The position numbers and the translations under genes were made by a program. Shown here one piece after another: positions 19,003 to 28,492 of a stretch of DNA of 64,000 bases (its first letter is position 1; each line of letters begins with the position of its first letter). The notes below the pieces were generated by a model. The model was not told where the DNA came from. It worked only from the letters and a program-made list of their open reading frames with translations, and searched no databases. This stretch comes from Gammaproteobacteria bacterium. GTDB lineage: Bacteria; Pseudomonadota; Gammaproteobacteria; DATFLL01. The stretch covers positions 1,289-65,288 of the forward strand of contig DATFLL010000050.1 of the NCBI GenBank assembly GCA_035267785.1. The letters are read 5' to 3'.

Positions 19003-19694
19003 TAGTGCGTCTTGGCCGACAGGCGTGCCTGTGACTGGCGGTATTCGTTAATCAGATCGCGCGCGGTCGTGAATCCGTCAATGCGAATCCAGGGCAAGCG
19101 GGGGGATACCCGGATAAAGGCGGTGGGGCTGTGGTTCATCTTATCCCCTCGATAGACGTTGAATGCACGCTGTAGCGCGACGCTGTCGTCCAATGTGCCC
19201 GTCAGGAAACGCCAGTTGGCCTCCGCTTTGTAGGTCTGAGCGTAGCGGGTGAGCCGCTCCGGCGTGTCGTGTTCCGGATCGATCGAGACAGACACCATCT
19301 GCACCTTGTGGCGCTCGTCGCCGAGGCCGGCCTGGACCTGCGCGAACGTGGCGGTCATGACGGGACAAATCGCGGTGCACGAAGTGAAGATGAAGTTGAG
19401 CATCACCGGGCGGTTCTGGGCCAAGAGTTCGGCGACGCGTATCGTCCGTCCGTGGCGGTCACGGAACGTCAGGTCCGGCACGCTGTAGGCAACCTCGGTT
19501 CGCTGGTAGTCGTCGGTATCCTTTGGTACGGCCATCGCATGGTGATCGTGGCTCATGTGGTGCCCGCCGGCGGCCGGCTCCCCGGCGTGTACGACGGCAA
19601 CGGGCGAGCATACGAGCCAGGCGGCAAGGCCCAGGCACAGTCGAAGACGACCTGCGGCATATCTCTGCCGGGTGGCGATAGTTGTCGGGCGCAT
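19002..19694 (-). CDS. SCO1/SenC-family copper chaperone / thiol-disulfide protein
   Basis: Thioredoxin-fold motif FIFTSCTAICPVM (CxxxC) and SVSIDPEHDTPERL. An N-terminal His-rich stretch follows the signal (GGHHMSHDHHAM). 1-nt overlap with the downstream gene. Confidence 0.85.
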   Translation of the reverse strand: MRPTTIATRQRYAAGRLRLCLGLAAWLVCSPVAVVHAGEPAAGGHHMSHDHHAMAVPKDTDDYQRTEVAYSVPDLTFRDRHGRTIRVAELLAQNRPVMLNFIFTSCTAICPVMTATFAQVQAGLGDERHKVQMVSVSIDPEHDTPERLTRYAQTYKAEANWRFLTGTLDDSVALQRAFNVYRGDKMNHSPTAFIRVSPRLPWIRIDGFTTARDLINEYRQSQARLSAKTH

Positions 19695-19977
19695 ATCGGC
19701 ACTTCCTAAGTCAAGTACGGCGTTGGCTCGAGGGGGCAGGCGTGATGCGCCGCGTGCCCTCGGGCGGTGTCGTCAAAGCCTAGCCAATATGTGGGCGGCC
19801 CCGTCTACAGTGTTTTACTACCTTGCCATGTGGACTACTACTGCAACTAGTCAGTTCGATAGGACGGCAGGACGCGGACCGTATATTTTTAGCTGACAGG
19901 ACGGTCGCAATGGCTATACGCAGTGACCCGAAAGTACTAGCGAGAAACCAGCCAACGGTGGTGGGGGTGCTTCAATC

Positions 19978-21786
19978 ATGGCAGAGGAGGGGATGACAGC
20001 GGCGATGCGCTCGGGGGTGTCCGTCCGGGCCGGTGCCACGAGTGAGCCTCAGTATGTCGAGGGCCCGGCCGCCGATTCAGTGACTCAAGGGCTCGGGGAA
20101 CATCCGCTCATCCAGGCGCTCGTGCGCAGGGAAAAGCTCACTCGGGCGGACCTCGGGCGCCTGGAGCACCTCCAGCGCGAGCAGCACAATGGCGAGTCGC
20201 CTGTCCTGCTGCTCAGCAAGCTCGGCATTGTCGCGGAGCAGGAGGTTGCCAATACGGTCGCTGAGGTGCTCGGCCTGGAGCGTGCCGCGGCGGCCCAATA
20301 CCGGGAAGCTCCGGTCATGGACGAGACGATCAGTCCGCGTTTTATGCGGCAGTATCGTCTGCTACCGCTGGCCTGCGAGGATACGGACGTCACCGTTTGC
20401 ATGGCCGATCCATTTGACGAGTTTGTCGTCGAATCCATACGCATGGTCACGGGCAAGGCGGTCTTGCGTGTTGTGGGAACCCCTTCTGAATTAGACGCGG
20501 CGATTGAGCGCCTGTACGGCGAGGGGCGCTCCGAGATCGGGCGGATCCAGGACCATGAAGAGGCCCCTGAGGAGGTCTCCGATTCCGAGGTCGAACAACT
20601 CAAGGACCTGGCCAGCGAGGCGCCCGTCATCCGCATGGTGAATCTCATTATTCGACGGGCTATCGAGCGCGCCGCGTCGGATATTCACATCGAGCCGGCC
20701 GATGGACGCCTGCGCGTGCGTTTCCGTATCGACGGCGTGCTCAAGGACGCGGAGTCGCCCGCTGCCCGGATGGGTGCGGCGGTGGTCTCGCGCATCAAGA
20801 TTATGGCCAACCTGAATATCGCCGAGCGGCGCCTGCCGCAGGATGGGAGGATCCGTCAGCGCATCGAAGGGCAAGAGTTGGACTTTCGAGTCTCGACTAT
20901 CCCCGCGATGCACGGCGAGAGCGTGGTCCTGCGTATTCTCAATCGCGACGCGGTAGCCTTGGATTTCGCCGCGTTGGGCGTATCGGACGAGAACATCCGG
21001 GTGCTGGGCGACGCGATACATCGACCACACGGCATGCTGTTGGTAACGGGACCGACCGGCAGCGGCAAGACTACGACGCTTTACGCTGCTCTGACGGCCT
21101 TGAACAGTGACGAGGTCAAGATCATTACGGTCGAAGACCCTGTGGAGTACCAGATCGACGGCGTCAATCAGATACAGGTCAAACCGGCAATCGGACTGAG
21201 CTTCGCGACCGCACTGCGTTCCATCGTTCGCCAGGACCCGGATGTGATCATGGTCGGAGAAATGCGAGACCTGGAAACGGCGAAGATCTGTGTCCAGTCG
21301 GCGCTGACCGGGCATACGGTGTTGTCGACTCTGCACACGAACGATGCTGCTGGCAGTATTACGCGTCTCGTGGAAATGGGCGTCGAGAACTACCTGCTGA
21401 CCTCCACGGTCAACGCGGTTGTCGGTCAACGATTGGTCCGTGTCCTGTGCGATCACTGCAAGCGCGCACACGAACCCGTACGGGAGTTCCTGGACGTATT
21501 GGGGTTGGCCGAGGGCGAACGGGACGGGGGAGGCTTGAAATTGTTCGAGCCGCAAGGCTGCTCGCAATGCAACGGCACGGGTTATCGGGGGCGGACCGTC
21601 GTGATGGAGGTCCTTCCCATCGACGATGCGATTCGGCGCCTGATTCTTGACCGTGCGGATGCCTCGGAGATCAGGGCGGTGGCCGTGCGGCGCGGCATGG
21701 TGCCCATGTACCAGGACGGTTTGCGAAAGGTCCGGCACGGCATCACGACGCTCGAGGAAGTCTTGCGGGTAACCCAGGACGCATAA
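19978..21786 (+). CDS. gspE: type II secretion ATPase GspE
   Basis: Walker A GPTGSGKTTT, Asp and His boxes, tetracysteine CDHC...CSQCNGTG, and an N-terminal T2SSE_N-like domain. Confidence 0.9.
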   Translation: MAEEGMTAAMRSGVSVRAGATSEPQYVEGPAADSVTQGLGEHPLIQALVRREKLTRADLGRLEHLQREQHNGESPVLLLSKLGIVAEQEVANTVAEVLGLERAAAAQYREAPVMDETISPRFMRQYRLLPLACEDTDVTVCMADPFDEFVVESIRMVTGKAVLRVVGTPSELDAAIERLYGEGRSEIGRIQDHEEAPEEVSDSEVEQLKDLASEAPVIRMVNLIIRRAIERAASDIHIEPADGRLRVRFRIDGVLKDAESPAARMGAAVVSRIKIMANLNIAERRLPQDGRIRQRIEGQELDFRVSTIPAMHGESVVLRILNRDAVALDFAALGVSDENIRVLGDAIHRPHGMLLVTGPTGSGKTTTLYAALTALNSDEVKIITVEDPVEYQIDGVNQIQVKPAIGLSFATALRSIVRQDPDVIMVGEMRDLETAKICVQSALTGHTVLSTLHTNDAAGSITRLVEMGVENYLLTSTVNAVVGQRLVRVLCDHCKRAHEPVREFLDVLGLAEGERDGGGLKLFEPQGCSQCNGTGYRGRTVVMEVLPIDDAIRRLILDRADASEIRAVAVRRGMVPMYQDGLRKVRHGITTLEEVLRVTQDA

Positions 21787-21791
21787 TCCCC

Positions 21792-23009
21792 ATGACGACA
21801 TTTCATTACAAGGCGGTGACTGCGGCGGGCGAGGTCGTCGAGGGCGAGCTCGAAGCCGACGACCGTGCCAGGGCCGTGGCAGAACTGCAAGCCATGGGGC
21901 GGATACCCATCCGGGCCGAGGTGCGGGGCACACAGCGAGCGCGATGGTGGGACGGGCGCCGGTCGGTGCATCGGCGGATACCGGCGGCTGCGGTGCTCGA
22001 GTGGACCCGGGCCCTCAGCTCCCTGTTGGGTTCCGGCATATCTCTCGACCGGTCACTGCAGATTATTTCCGCCAGCGCCGGCGAACAGAGTGTCCGACTG
22101 CTTGCGGAGACGACGCAGGAGACGGTACGTGGTGGAGCTCCGCTATCGGCTGCGCTCGAGCAGTCACCGGCCGCGTTTTCGCGCTTCTACATCAATATGG
22201 TCAAGGCGGCCGAGGCGGCGGGGTCGCTCGATGTCGGACTGGAACGCCTGGAGCAGTACCTCGAACGGGGCCGGGCTTCGCGCGAACAACTGGTGTCGGC
22301 ACTGACCTATCCGGCGATCCTGCTCGCGGTGACCGGGCTTTCACTGGTGCTCATCGTCAGTTATGTCGTGCCGCAGTTCGAGCCGTTGTTTCTGGGTAAA
22401 AACGTCGAATTACCATGGTCAACCGCGTTCATTTTCGCGATGGCGGGCGCGATACGCCATTACGGTTGGTTGGCGCTCGTCCTGCTTATCGCGTCGGGTG
22501 TGGTCGCGGTGAGGTTGTGGCGGGACCCGACACGACGGATCGTCATCGACCGCACCCTTCTGCGTGTGCCGCTGTTCGGGGTGCTGCAGTCGCTGCGGGA
22601 GACGTCGGCCTTTTGCCGCAGTCTTGGCATGCTGCTGGAGAACGGGCTGCCGCTGTTGTCGGCATTCACGATCGCCAAAGAGACCGTTGGCAACCGGTGG
22701 CTCAACGGGGCGCTCGATGACGCGGTGACGGCGATTCGGGAGGGCCAGGGGTTGTCCCGCCCCTTGGAGGCCATCGAATCCTTTCCGCCGGTGGCGGTGC
22801 AACTGGTTCAGGTCGGAGAAGAAACAGGGCGCCTGGACAAGATGCTGGTACGCGTGGCGGATATCTGCGACCGAGAGTTAGGTACCCGGGTCGCGCGCGG
22901 GCTCAGTGTGTTGGAGCCGGCGCTTATTGTCGGTATGGGCGTGGTCATCGGAGGAATCATCGCCTCTTTGATGGCGGCGATCGTCAGTGTCAACGACATT
23001 CCGCTGTAG
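21792..23009 (+). CDS. gspF: type II secretion inner-membrane platform GspF
   Basis: Duplicated T2SSF domain and three TM segments. Starts 5 nt after gspE. Confidence 0.9.
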   Translation: MTTFHYKAVTAAGEVVEGELEADDRARAVAELQAMGRIPIRAEVRGTQRARWWDGRRSVHRRIPAAAVLEWTRALSSLLGSGISLDRSLQIISASAGEQSVRLLAETTQETVRGGAPLSAALEQSPAAFSRFYINMVKAAEAAGSLDVGLERLEQYLERGRASREQLVSALTYPAILLAVTGLSLVLIVSYVVPQFEPLFLGKNVELPWSTAFIFAMAGAIRHYGWLALVLLIASGVVAVRLWRDPTRRIVIDRTLLRVPLFGVLQSLRETSAFCRSLGMLLENGLPLLSAFTIAKETVGNRWLNGALDDAVTAIREGQGLSRPLEAIESFPPVAVQLVQVGEETGRLDKMLVRVADICDRELGTRVARGLSVLEPALIVGMGVVIGGIIASLMAAIVSVNDIPL

Positions 23010-23051
23010 TCAGCGGGTCGCCGTGAACATGGTAAGTCCGGAGGCAGTGGT

Positions 23052-23510
23052 ATGTGCAGACCTGTTAGAAACAATATCGAGCGTTGTCGGCATTTTGCCG
23101 CTCGGGGAGCGGGGTTTACCCTGATCGAGCTGCTGGTGGTATTGGTCATCCTGGGAATGTTGGCGGGCCTGGTCGGTCCGGCCGTGATGAAACACTTGGA
23201 TGCCTCCAAGACGCGCACTGCGAAGCTGCAAGTCGAGGAGCTCAGCGCGGCGCTGGACGCGTACAAGCTGGACGTCGGTCGTTACCCGACGACGGAGGAG
23301 GGACTGCGTTCCCTGGTCGAGCGCCCCGCCAGTGTATCGTTCTGGAACGGGCCCTATCTGCGCAAGGCGTTTGTGCCGTTGGACCCCTGGGGCCAGGAAT
23401 ATCGGTTTCGTTCTCCCGGCGAACACGGCCCCGTCGATGTCTTCTCCTTCGGAGCGGACAACGCTGAGGGTGGAACGGGCGAAAACCAGGACGTCGTGAG
23501 CTGGTTGTGA
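23052..23510 (+). CDS. gspG: major pseudopilin GspG
   Basis: Prepilin motif G-FTLIELLVVLVILG. LDPWGQEYRFRSPGEHGPVDVFSFGADNAEGG is typical of GspG. GGAGG lies 8 nt before the ATG. The leader is unusually long (about 20 aa). Confidence 0.9.
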   Translation: MCRPVRNNIERCRHFAARGAGFTLIELLVVLVILGMLAGLVGPAVMKHLDASKTRTAKLQVEELSAALDAYKLDVGRYPTTEEGLRSLVERPASVSFWNGPYLRKAFVPLDPWGQEYRFRSPGEHGPVDVFSFGADNAEGGTGENQDVVSWL

Positions 23511-23527
23511 GCCACGAACCGATACAT

Positions 23528-24001
23528 ATGAGCCACACCCGCGGTTTCACGCTGCTCGAACTGCTGGTGGTTATCACGATCGCGGCGCTGATATTGACCG
23601 TGGTTGCGGTGCGCTTCGACCTCTGGGGGCGCGGCGTGGCGGTAACGACCGCGACGCAACAACTGGCCAGCGTTATGCGTCGCGCGCATGCACGGGCCGC
23701 GCTGGAGGGCCGGACGGTGGAAATGCACATCGACCCGCAGCGCAGCCGCTATTGGTTGAGCGGCCAACCGCGCGCCTACACCTTATCCGGCGGTCTGCGG
23801 ATCGAGCCTGTCCAATCGCAGCGCGCCGCGGCTGCGCGGGTGAACGAGCGGCTCCTGGTGCGGTTCTACCCCTCGGGTACGGCCACGGGAATCGAACTTC
23901 GGATCAGCGATGGTCAGGCCGCCTATCGGTTGGAGGTGAGCGGACTGACGGGGCGTGTCAGTATGCGCCGCACGGCTGCGCTCGAGGAGGCGCCGCGATG
24001 A
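23528..24001 (+). CDS. gspH: minor pseudopilin GspH
   Basis: MSHTRG-FTLLELLVVITIA prepilin start. An alternative GTG at 23507 overlaps the gspG stop. Confidence 0.75.
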   Translation: MSHTRGFTLLELLVVITIAALILTVVAVRFDLWGRGVAVTTATQQLASVMRRAHARAALEGRTVEMHIDPQRSRYWLSGQPRAYTLSGGLRIEPVQSQRAAAARVNERLLVRFYPSGTATGIELRISDGQAAYRLEVSGLTGRVSMRRTAALEEAPR

Positions 24002-24384
24002 AAGCCGAGACCGCCGGATTCTCGCTGCTCGAGGTGCTGGTGGCACTGGCCGTACTGGGGGTGTCGCTCGGTGTGCTGTTCCGAGTCTTCGGACAGTCGC
24101 TCACGGACGTTGGGCGCGCCGAACATTATACGCAGGCGGTGCTGGTCGCCGAGTCCCAGTTGGCAACGTTGGATGTCGACCCGGGGCGCGGTCTTCGGTC
24201 ATACGAAACGGATGTCGATGATCGCTTCCACGTGAGCGTAGTGGTCAGCCCCGTCCCGCTCTTGCACGCCCGCGCCGCGGTTCCACTCGGTGCGTATCGT
24301 GTATCGATTACGGTGGATTGGGGAGAGGAGAGCCGGCGGCGTCAGGTCACTGCCACGACGGTTCGCCTCGCACGGCCGCGATGA
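23998..24384 (+). CDS. gspI: minor pseudopilin GspI
   Basis: MKAETAG-FSLLEVLVALAVLG. ATGA overlap with gspH. Confidence 0.75.
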   Translation: MKAETAGFSLLEVLVALAVLGVSLGVLFRVFGQSLTDVGRAEHYTQAVLVAESQLATLDVDPGRGLRSYETDVDDRFHVSVVVSPVPLLHARAAVPLGAYRVSITVDWGEESRRRQVTATTVRLARPR

Positions 24385-25052
24385 AGGGCCGTGCGCGAAA
24401 TGACGTCGTTTCCCGCGATGTTCGGGGCTTCACTCTCGTCGAACTGGTGGTGGCGTTGGCGGTTATGAGTTTGCTCATGCTCGTGCTGTACGACGGTCTG
24501 CACCTGGGGATGCGTACCTGGGACGCGGGTTCGCGGCGCGTGGACCGAGCCGAACAGCTTCGCCGACTGGAGGCGTTTCTCCGCGGCCAGCTGGCCAGGG
24601 TGCATTTGCCGGTCGGCGCCGCCCAATTGAACGAAGGGGCGTTATCGTTTCACGGCGATGCGTCCGGGATGGCTTTCATCGGCCGCATGCCCGCGCGCAC
24701 GGGCAGCGGCGCGTTTTACGCGTTCGTTATCAGGGTGGAGGGCGGCGGAGAGGTCAAACGGCTGGCCGCTCGGTACGCGATGGCTGAATTGTATACCGGG
24801 ATGGAGCGTGCGGCACCGGTCATTCGGTACGAAGTGCTCGTAGAGCGCGCCGGTGCGGTGCGGTTCGAGTATTTCGGGCTCGATGAACGGGGACAGTGGC
24901 ATTGGACTGGGAGTTGGGTTCGAAAACGAACGCTGCCCACGCTCGTGCGGATGCGAATCGAGCCGGCTGCACCGGACGAACGGCCGTGGCCTGAGTTGCT
25001 CTTTCGCGTGCGTGAAGGGGACTACTGGGTTCCGTCGGCGGAGACGTCATGA
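24381..25052 (+). CDS. gspJ: minor pseudopilin GspJ
   Basis: VRG-FTLVELVVALAVMSLL. ATGA overlap with gspI. Confidence 0.75.
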   Translation: MKGRARNDVVSRDVRGFTLVELVVALAVMSLLMLVLYDGLHLGMRTWDAGSRRVDRAEQLRRLEAFLRGQLARVHLPVGAAQLNEGALSFHGDASGMAFIGRMPARTGSGAFYAFVIRVEGGGEVKRLAARYAMAELYTGMERAAPVIRYEVLVERAGAVRFEYFGLDERGQWHWTGSWVRKRTLPTLVRMRIEPAAPDERPWPELLFRVREGDYWVPSAETS

Positions 25053-25948
25053 ACGGATCATTACATTCCCGGACAGTCATTGAAAGGTCGCAGCAGGGCG
25101 TGGCACTGGTGTCGGTGCTCTGGGTGGTGGCGCTGTTGACGCTCGTTGGAGCCAGTCTGACCAGCGCGGTGCGAACGGAAATCGCACTGGCCGGTCAACG
25201 GGTCACTGAGCTGCAGGGGCGTGCGGCGGCCGAAGGGGCGATCTATCTCGCCGTGCAGAGACTGCTGTTCCCGAACCTGGACACCGTGTGGCCAACGGAT
25301 GGCTCGCCGTTTGTGCAGACTGTAGGCGAAACGCAGGTGCGAGTGCAGGTGTTCGACGAGGCGGGGCGGGTCGATCTGAATATGGCCGGGCCGGAGCTGC
25401 TGGGCGGGCTGTTTCGTGCCGTCGGGGTTGCGGACGAGCAGGCGGACGCGATTGTCGATGCGATTATGGACTGGCGTGACGTTGACAGCTTGCGGCGGCT
25501 CAATGGCGCGGAAGACGGAGACTACGCCGCGGCCGGGTTGGACTACGGTGCCAAGGACGCGGACTTTGAAAGTGTCGATGAGCTGCGCATGGTGCTCGGG
25601 ATGACGCCCGAGATCTTCGCGGCGGTACGCGATGCCGTGACCGTGCATCATCGTCATGCGTGGGTCAATCCAGCCGTCGCGTCGCGTCCGGTGTTGCTGG
25701 CCATTCCGGGCATCGATGCATCTGCGGTGGACGCCTACCTGGAGGCACGCGGTGCGGGGGCAAGGCAAGTGCCGGCGCCGATCGGCGCGCAGTCGTCGCT
25801 GGTGCAGGTTCGCGGAACGACGTATACGATTCGAGCGCGTGGAGTGGAGAACGGGCGCGAGCTCGCCGGCCTGGAGGTGACGATTCGGATCAACCGCGGC
25901 GGGCAGAAACGCCCGTTCGAGGTTCTGCAATGGGACCGGATACCATGA
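25049..25948 (+). CDS. gspK: minor pseudopilin GspK
   Basis: QQGVALVSVLWVVALLTLV N-terminus without the conserved Glu5. GspK-like DWRD...DGDYAAAGLDYGAKDADFESVDELRMVLGM. ATGA overlap. Confidence 0.8.
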   Translation: MNGSLHSRTVIERSQQGVALVSVLWVVALLTLVGASLTSAVRTEIALAGQRVTELQGRAAAEGAIYLAVQRLLFPNLDTVWPTDGSPFVQTVGETQVRVQVFDEAGRVDLNMAGPELLGGLFRAVGVADEQADAIVDAIMDWRDVDSLRRLNGAEDGDYAAAGLDYGAKDADFESVDELRMVLGMTPEIFAAVRDAVTVHHRHAWVNPAVASRPVLLAIPGIDASAVDAYLEARGAGARQVPAPIGAQSSLVQVRGTTYTIRARGVENGRELAGLEVTIRINRGGQKRPFEVLQWDRIP

Positions 25949-27270
25949 AGCGCAGCGATCGCCATGCCGCGCGCGCGGCCGCCGGAGCGTCTTTACGACT
26001 GCGGGATGTGTTTCTTGCGGGGCGGACCCGGTCGGCCTCACCGGGTCAGCACCTGGAGCAACTGTGGACGTGGTGGACCGGAGAGCTGTGGACCATGTTG
26101 CCGGCCCGCATGCAGACAGTACTTCGACGCGAAGAACAGGAAATCGTCGTGGATGTGCACAGCCGTGCCTCTGCGACGCTTTGCCTTCTGGGTGCAGGCA
26201 CCCGCGACCACTGTGCGGAGATACAACTCCTCGTTGGGGATGGCGAGCCGGCAGGAGTGCCGCCCGGCCTGGCCGGCGTATGGCCGATGTCGCCGGCGCG
26301 GGTGGCTCTGCGCCTGCCCCGATCCGAAGTTCTGGAATTGGTTCTGGATTTGCCCGCCGCGACGGAGGAGAACCTGGGCGAGGTTTTGGGCTTTGAAATG
26401 GATCGCAACACACCGTTTCGCGCCGAGCAGGTGTATTTCGGATTTGATGTTGCCGGTCGGGACCGGGAGCGCCAACGACTGCAAGTCCGGCTGCGCGTCG
26501 TGCCGCGGGTCATCGTGGATGCGTGGCTGAAGCGGCTCGCGCAGCTTGGGCTGACACCGACGGTCATCGGCTCGGTCGCGCCGGATCTGCGCGCCGGTGT
26601 TGCGGACGGGGAAGACAGGGCACTTGCCCGCATTGAGGAGATCGATTGCGGGCTTGAAATCAGGCAGCGTCAATGGACCGTCTCGAGGCTGGTGCCGTGG
26701 GGCGCTGCAGCGGTGCTGACACTCGCGGTGGTCACGGGGATCGCCCTGCCGCTGTACGATCTCCACAGCCGTGCCGCCGAGCTGGAGCTGCGAGTCGCTC
26801 AGGCCAAGGTCCAGGCGGACCGCGTACTGCGGACATTGGATGAGATGAAAGAGCTGCGGGAGCGGGCGGAGTTTGTCGTCATGCGCAAATCGCAGGCGCC
26901 GACGATAGTGGAGATGTTAGCGGAGCTCGCCCGAATATTCCCCGACGATACGTGGGTCAGTCGGTTTGAAGTGACGGGCGAGGACGTGCGTATCCAGGGC
27001 GAATCGGCGAGCGCATCGTCGTTGATTGCACTCGTGGAGGAGTCGATCAGGTTTCGCAGTGCCCAGTTCGCTTCGCCGGTGACGCGCAACCAGAGTACCG
27101 ATCGCGACCGGTTCGTAATCGCGGCCAAGGTCGAAGAGATCAAATCTCCGGCCGACGCACCTGATTCGCATCGCCCGGGTGGCGTCCCCGTACTGAAAAG
27201 GGGTGACGACCGAGGGCGTCGTGCCGGTGTGGCTGCTGCTGCACCTTCGACACCGAGAGCCAGGCCATGA
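25945..27270 (+). CDS. gspL: GspL-like assembly protein (cytoplasmic domain + TM + PilN-like periplasmic domain)
   Basis: ATGA overlap with gspK. Single central TM (AAAVLTLAVVTGIALPLY). The periplasmic part (IVEMLAELARIFPDDTWVSRFEVTGEDVRIQGES) resembles GspL/PilN ferredoxin-like domains. Confidence 0.65.
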   Translation: MKRSDRHAARAAAGASLRLRDVFLAGRTRSASPGQHLEQLWTWWTGELWTMLPARMQTVLRREEQEIVVDVHSRASATLCLLGAGTRDHCAEIQLLVGDGEPAGVPPGLAGVWPMSPARVALRLPRSEVLELVLDLPAATEENLGEVLGFEMDRNTPFRAEQVYFGFDVAGRDRERQRLQVRLRVVPRVIVDAWLKRLAQLGLTPTVIGSVAPDLRAGVADGEDRALARIEEIDCGLEIRQRQWTVSRLVPWGAAAVLTLAVVTGIALPLYDLHSRAAELELRVAQAKVQADRVLRTLDEMKELRERAEFVVMRKSQAPTIVEMLAELARIFPDDTWVSRFEVTGEDVRIQGESASASSLIALVEESIRFRSAQFASPVTRNQSTDRDRFVIAAKVEEIKSPADAPDSHRPGGVPVLKRGDDRGRRAGVAAAAPSTPRARP

Positions 27271-27854
27271 ATTCGGCAAGTAAGCCAAGAACGGGTCAGA
27301 TTCTGGCGCTCTTGATACTCGTGGCGTTACTCGCTCTGGTCTATAGTGCGGTGGCGCAGCCGCTCTTGTCGAGTTATTTCGGCTACCGTGAAGTCATCGA
27401 TTCCAAACGCGCACAACTGCAGCGTTATCAGAAAATCATCGCGCGCGGGCAGTGGGCAGGTGAGGCACTGCAGCGTATGCGGAAGCAAGGACAGCAGCGC
27501 GCCTACTACCTGCCCGGTGGCACCTCGGCGTTGGCTTCGGCAAAGCTTCAGGAATACGTCAAGCGCCTGGCGCGCGCCAGCCACGGGGAGCTCATCAGCA
27601 CACAAGTGCTCTCGCAGCGCCGCAGCGGGGAGGTGCCGAGCGTCACGCTGCGGGTACAGATGAAGGGCGGGCTCGACACTTTGCTGAACATGTTCTATGC
27701 GATCGAGACAGGCACGCCCGTCGTGGTCCTGGAAAATGTGGTCATTGCCTCGCACGGCACGCGGCGCCTCGTCTCTAACCAGGCCGGTCGGTACGTCGAT
27801 GAACTGGATATCCGATTCGACCTGGTGGGCTACACGTACGGGGGGAAAGACTGA
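27267..27854 (+). CDS. gspM: GspM-like protein
   Basis: ATGA overlap. Short cytoplasmic N-terminus, one TM (ILALLILVALLALVY), and a periplasmic domain of GspM size. Confidence 0.65.
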   Translation: MNSASKPRTGQILALLILVALLALVYSAVAQPLLSSYFGYREVIDSKRAQLQRYQKIIARGQWAGEALQRMRKQGQQRAYYLPGGTSALASAKLQEYVKRLARASHGELISTQVLSQRRSGEVPSVTLRVQMKGGLDTLLNMFYAIETGTPVVVLENVVIASHGTRRLVSNQAGRYVDELDIRFDLVGYTYGGKD

Positions 27855-28435
27855 TGGCCCGCGGTGCTGCGGCGCGCCTCGTCAAGGGCGGGTGGCTGGT
27901 GGCGACAGCCGCGGCCGCGGTCATCGCACTGGCGGTGGAATATCACTGGCTCGAGACGGGGCGTGAGGCGTTTCGTGCCGGGTTGTCCGCTGCGCCGCGT
28001 CCGCCTGGCCGGGGGTCGGCCGCGGCGGCTGACGCGGAGGTTCGACTGCCGGCATTCCCGCCGTTGGAACATTACCGCGATCTGACCGAGCGCCCGCCGT
28101 TCCTGCCCACTCGTCGTCCCGCCGCCGGCGATGCACAGGCCCCGGCGCGGGCGGTCGAGGAGGTCCGATTGAGTCAGCAGTGGAAACTGGTCGGCATTGT
28201 GGTGTCGCCGGAGCAGACCCACGCGGTGTTGCACGAGCGACGAGGGGGGCGCAGCGTGAGTCTTTCCGTGGGAATGTCACTGGAAGGCTGGACAGTGGCC
28301 ACCGTCGAGTCCGATCGGGTTCGTCTGACAAGCGGGACGCGGACGCTCGAGATGGAGCTTCATCCACTGAAAGAGGAGGCGTCTCACGCGCCGAAAAATC
28401 AATTTCGCCGAAGCGGGGTCTACACTCCGCGCTAG
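27854..28435 (+). CDS. GspC/XpsN-like protein
   Basis: One TM. TERPPFLP motif. C-terminal beta domain WKLVGIVVSPEQTHAVLHE...GWTVATVESDRVRL resembles GspC-HR/PilP. Position matches xpsN in Xps-ordered clusters. Confidence 0.5.
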   Translation: MARGAAARLVKGGWLVATAAAAVIALAVEYHWLETGREAFRAGLSAAPRPPGRGSAAAADAEVRLPAFPPLEHYRDLTERPPFLPTRRPAAGDAQAPARAVEEVRLSQQWKLVGIVVSPEQTHAVLHERRGGRSVSLSVGMSLEGWTVATVESDRVRLTSGTRTLEMELHPLKEEASHAPKNQFRRSGVYTPR

Positions 28436-28492
28436 GTGGTGGGGACGCAGTGGCGCGCCGGCCGTTATCGGGGAACCGAAGAAGGTGATTGC

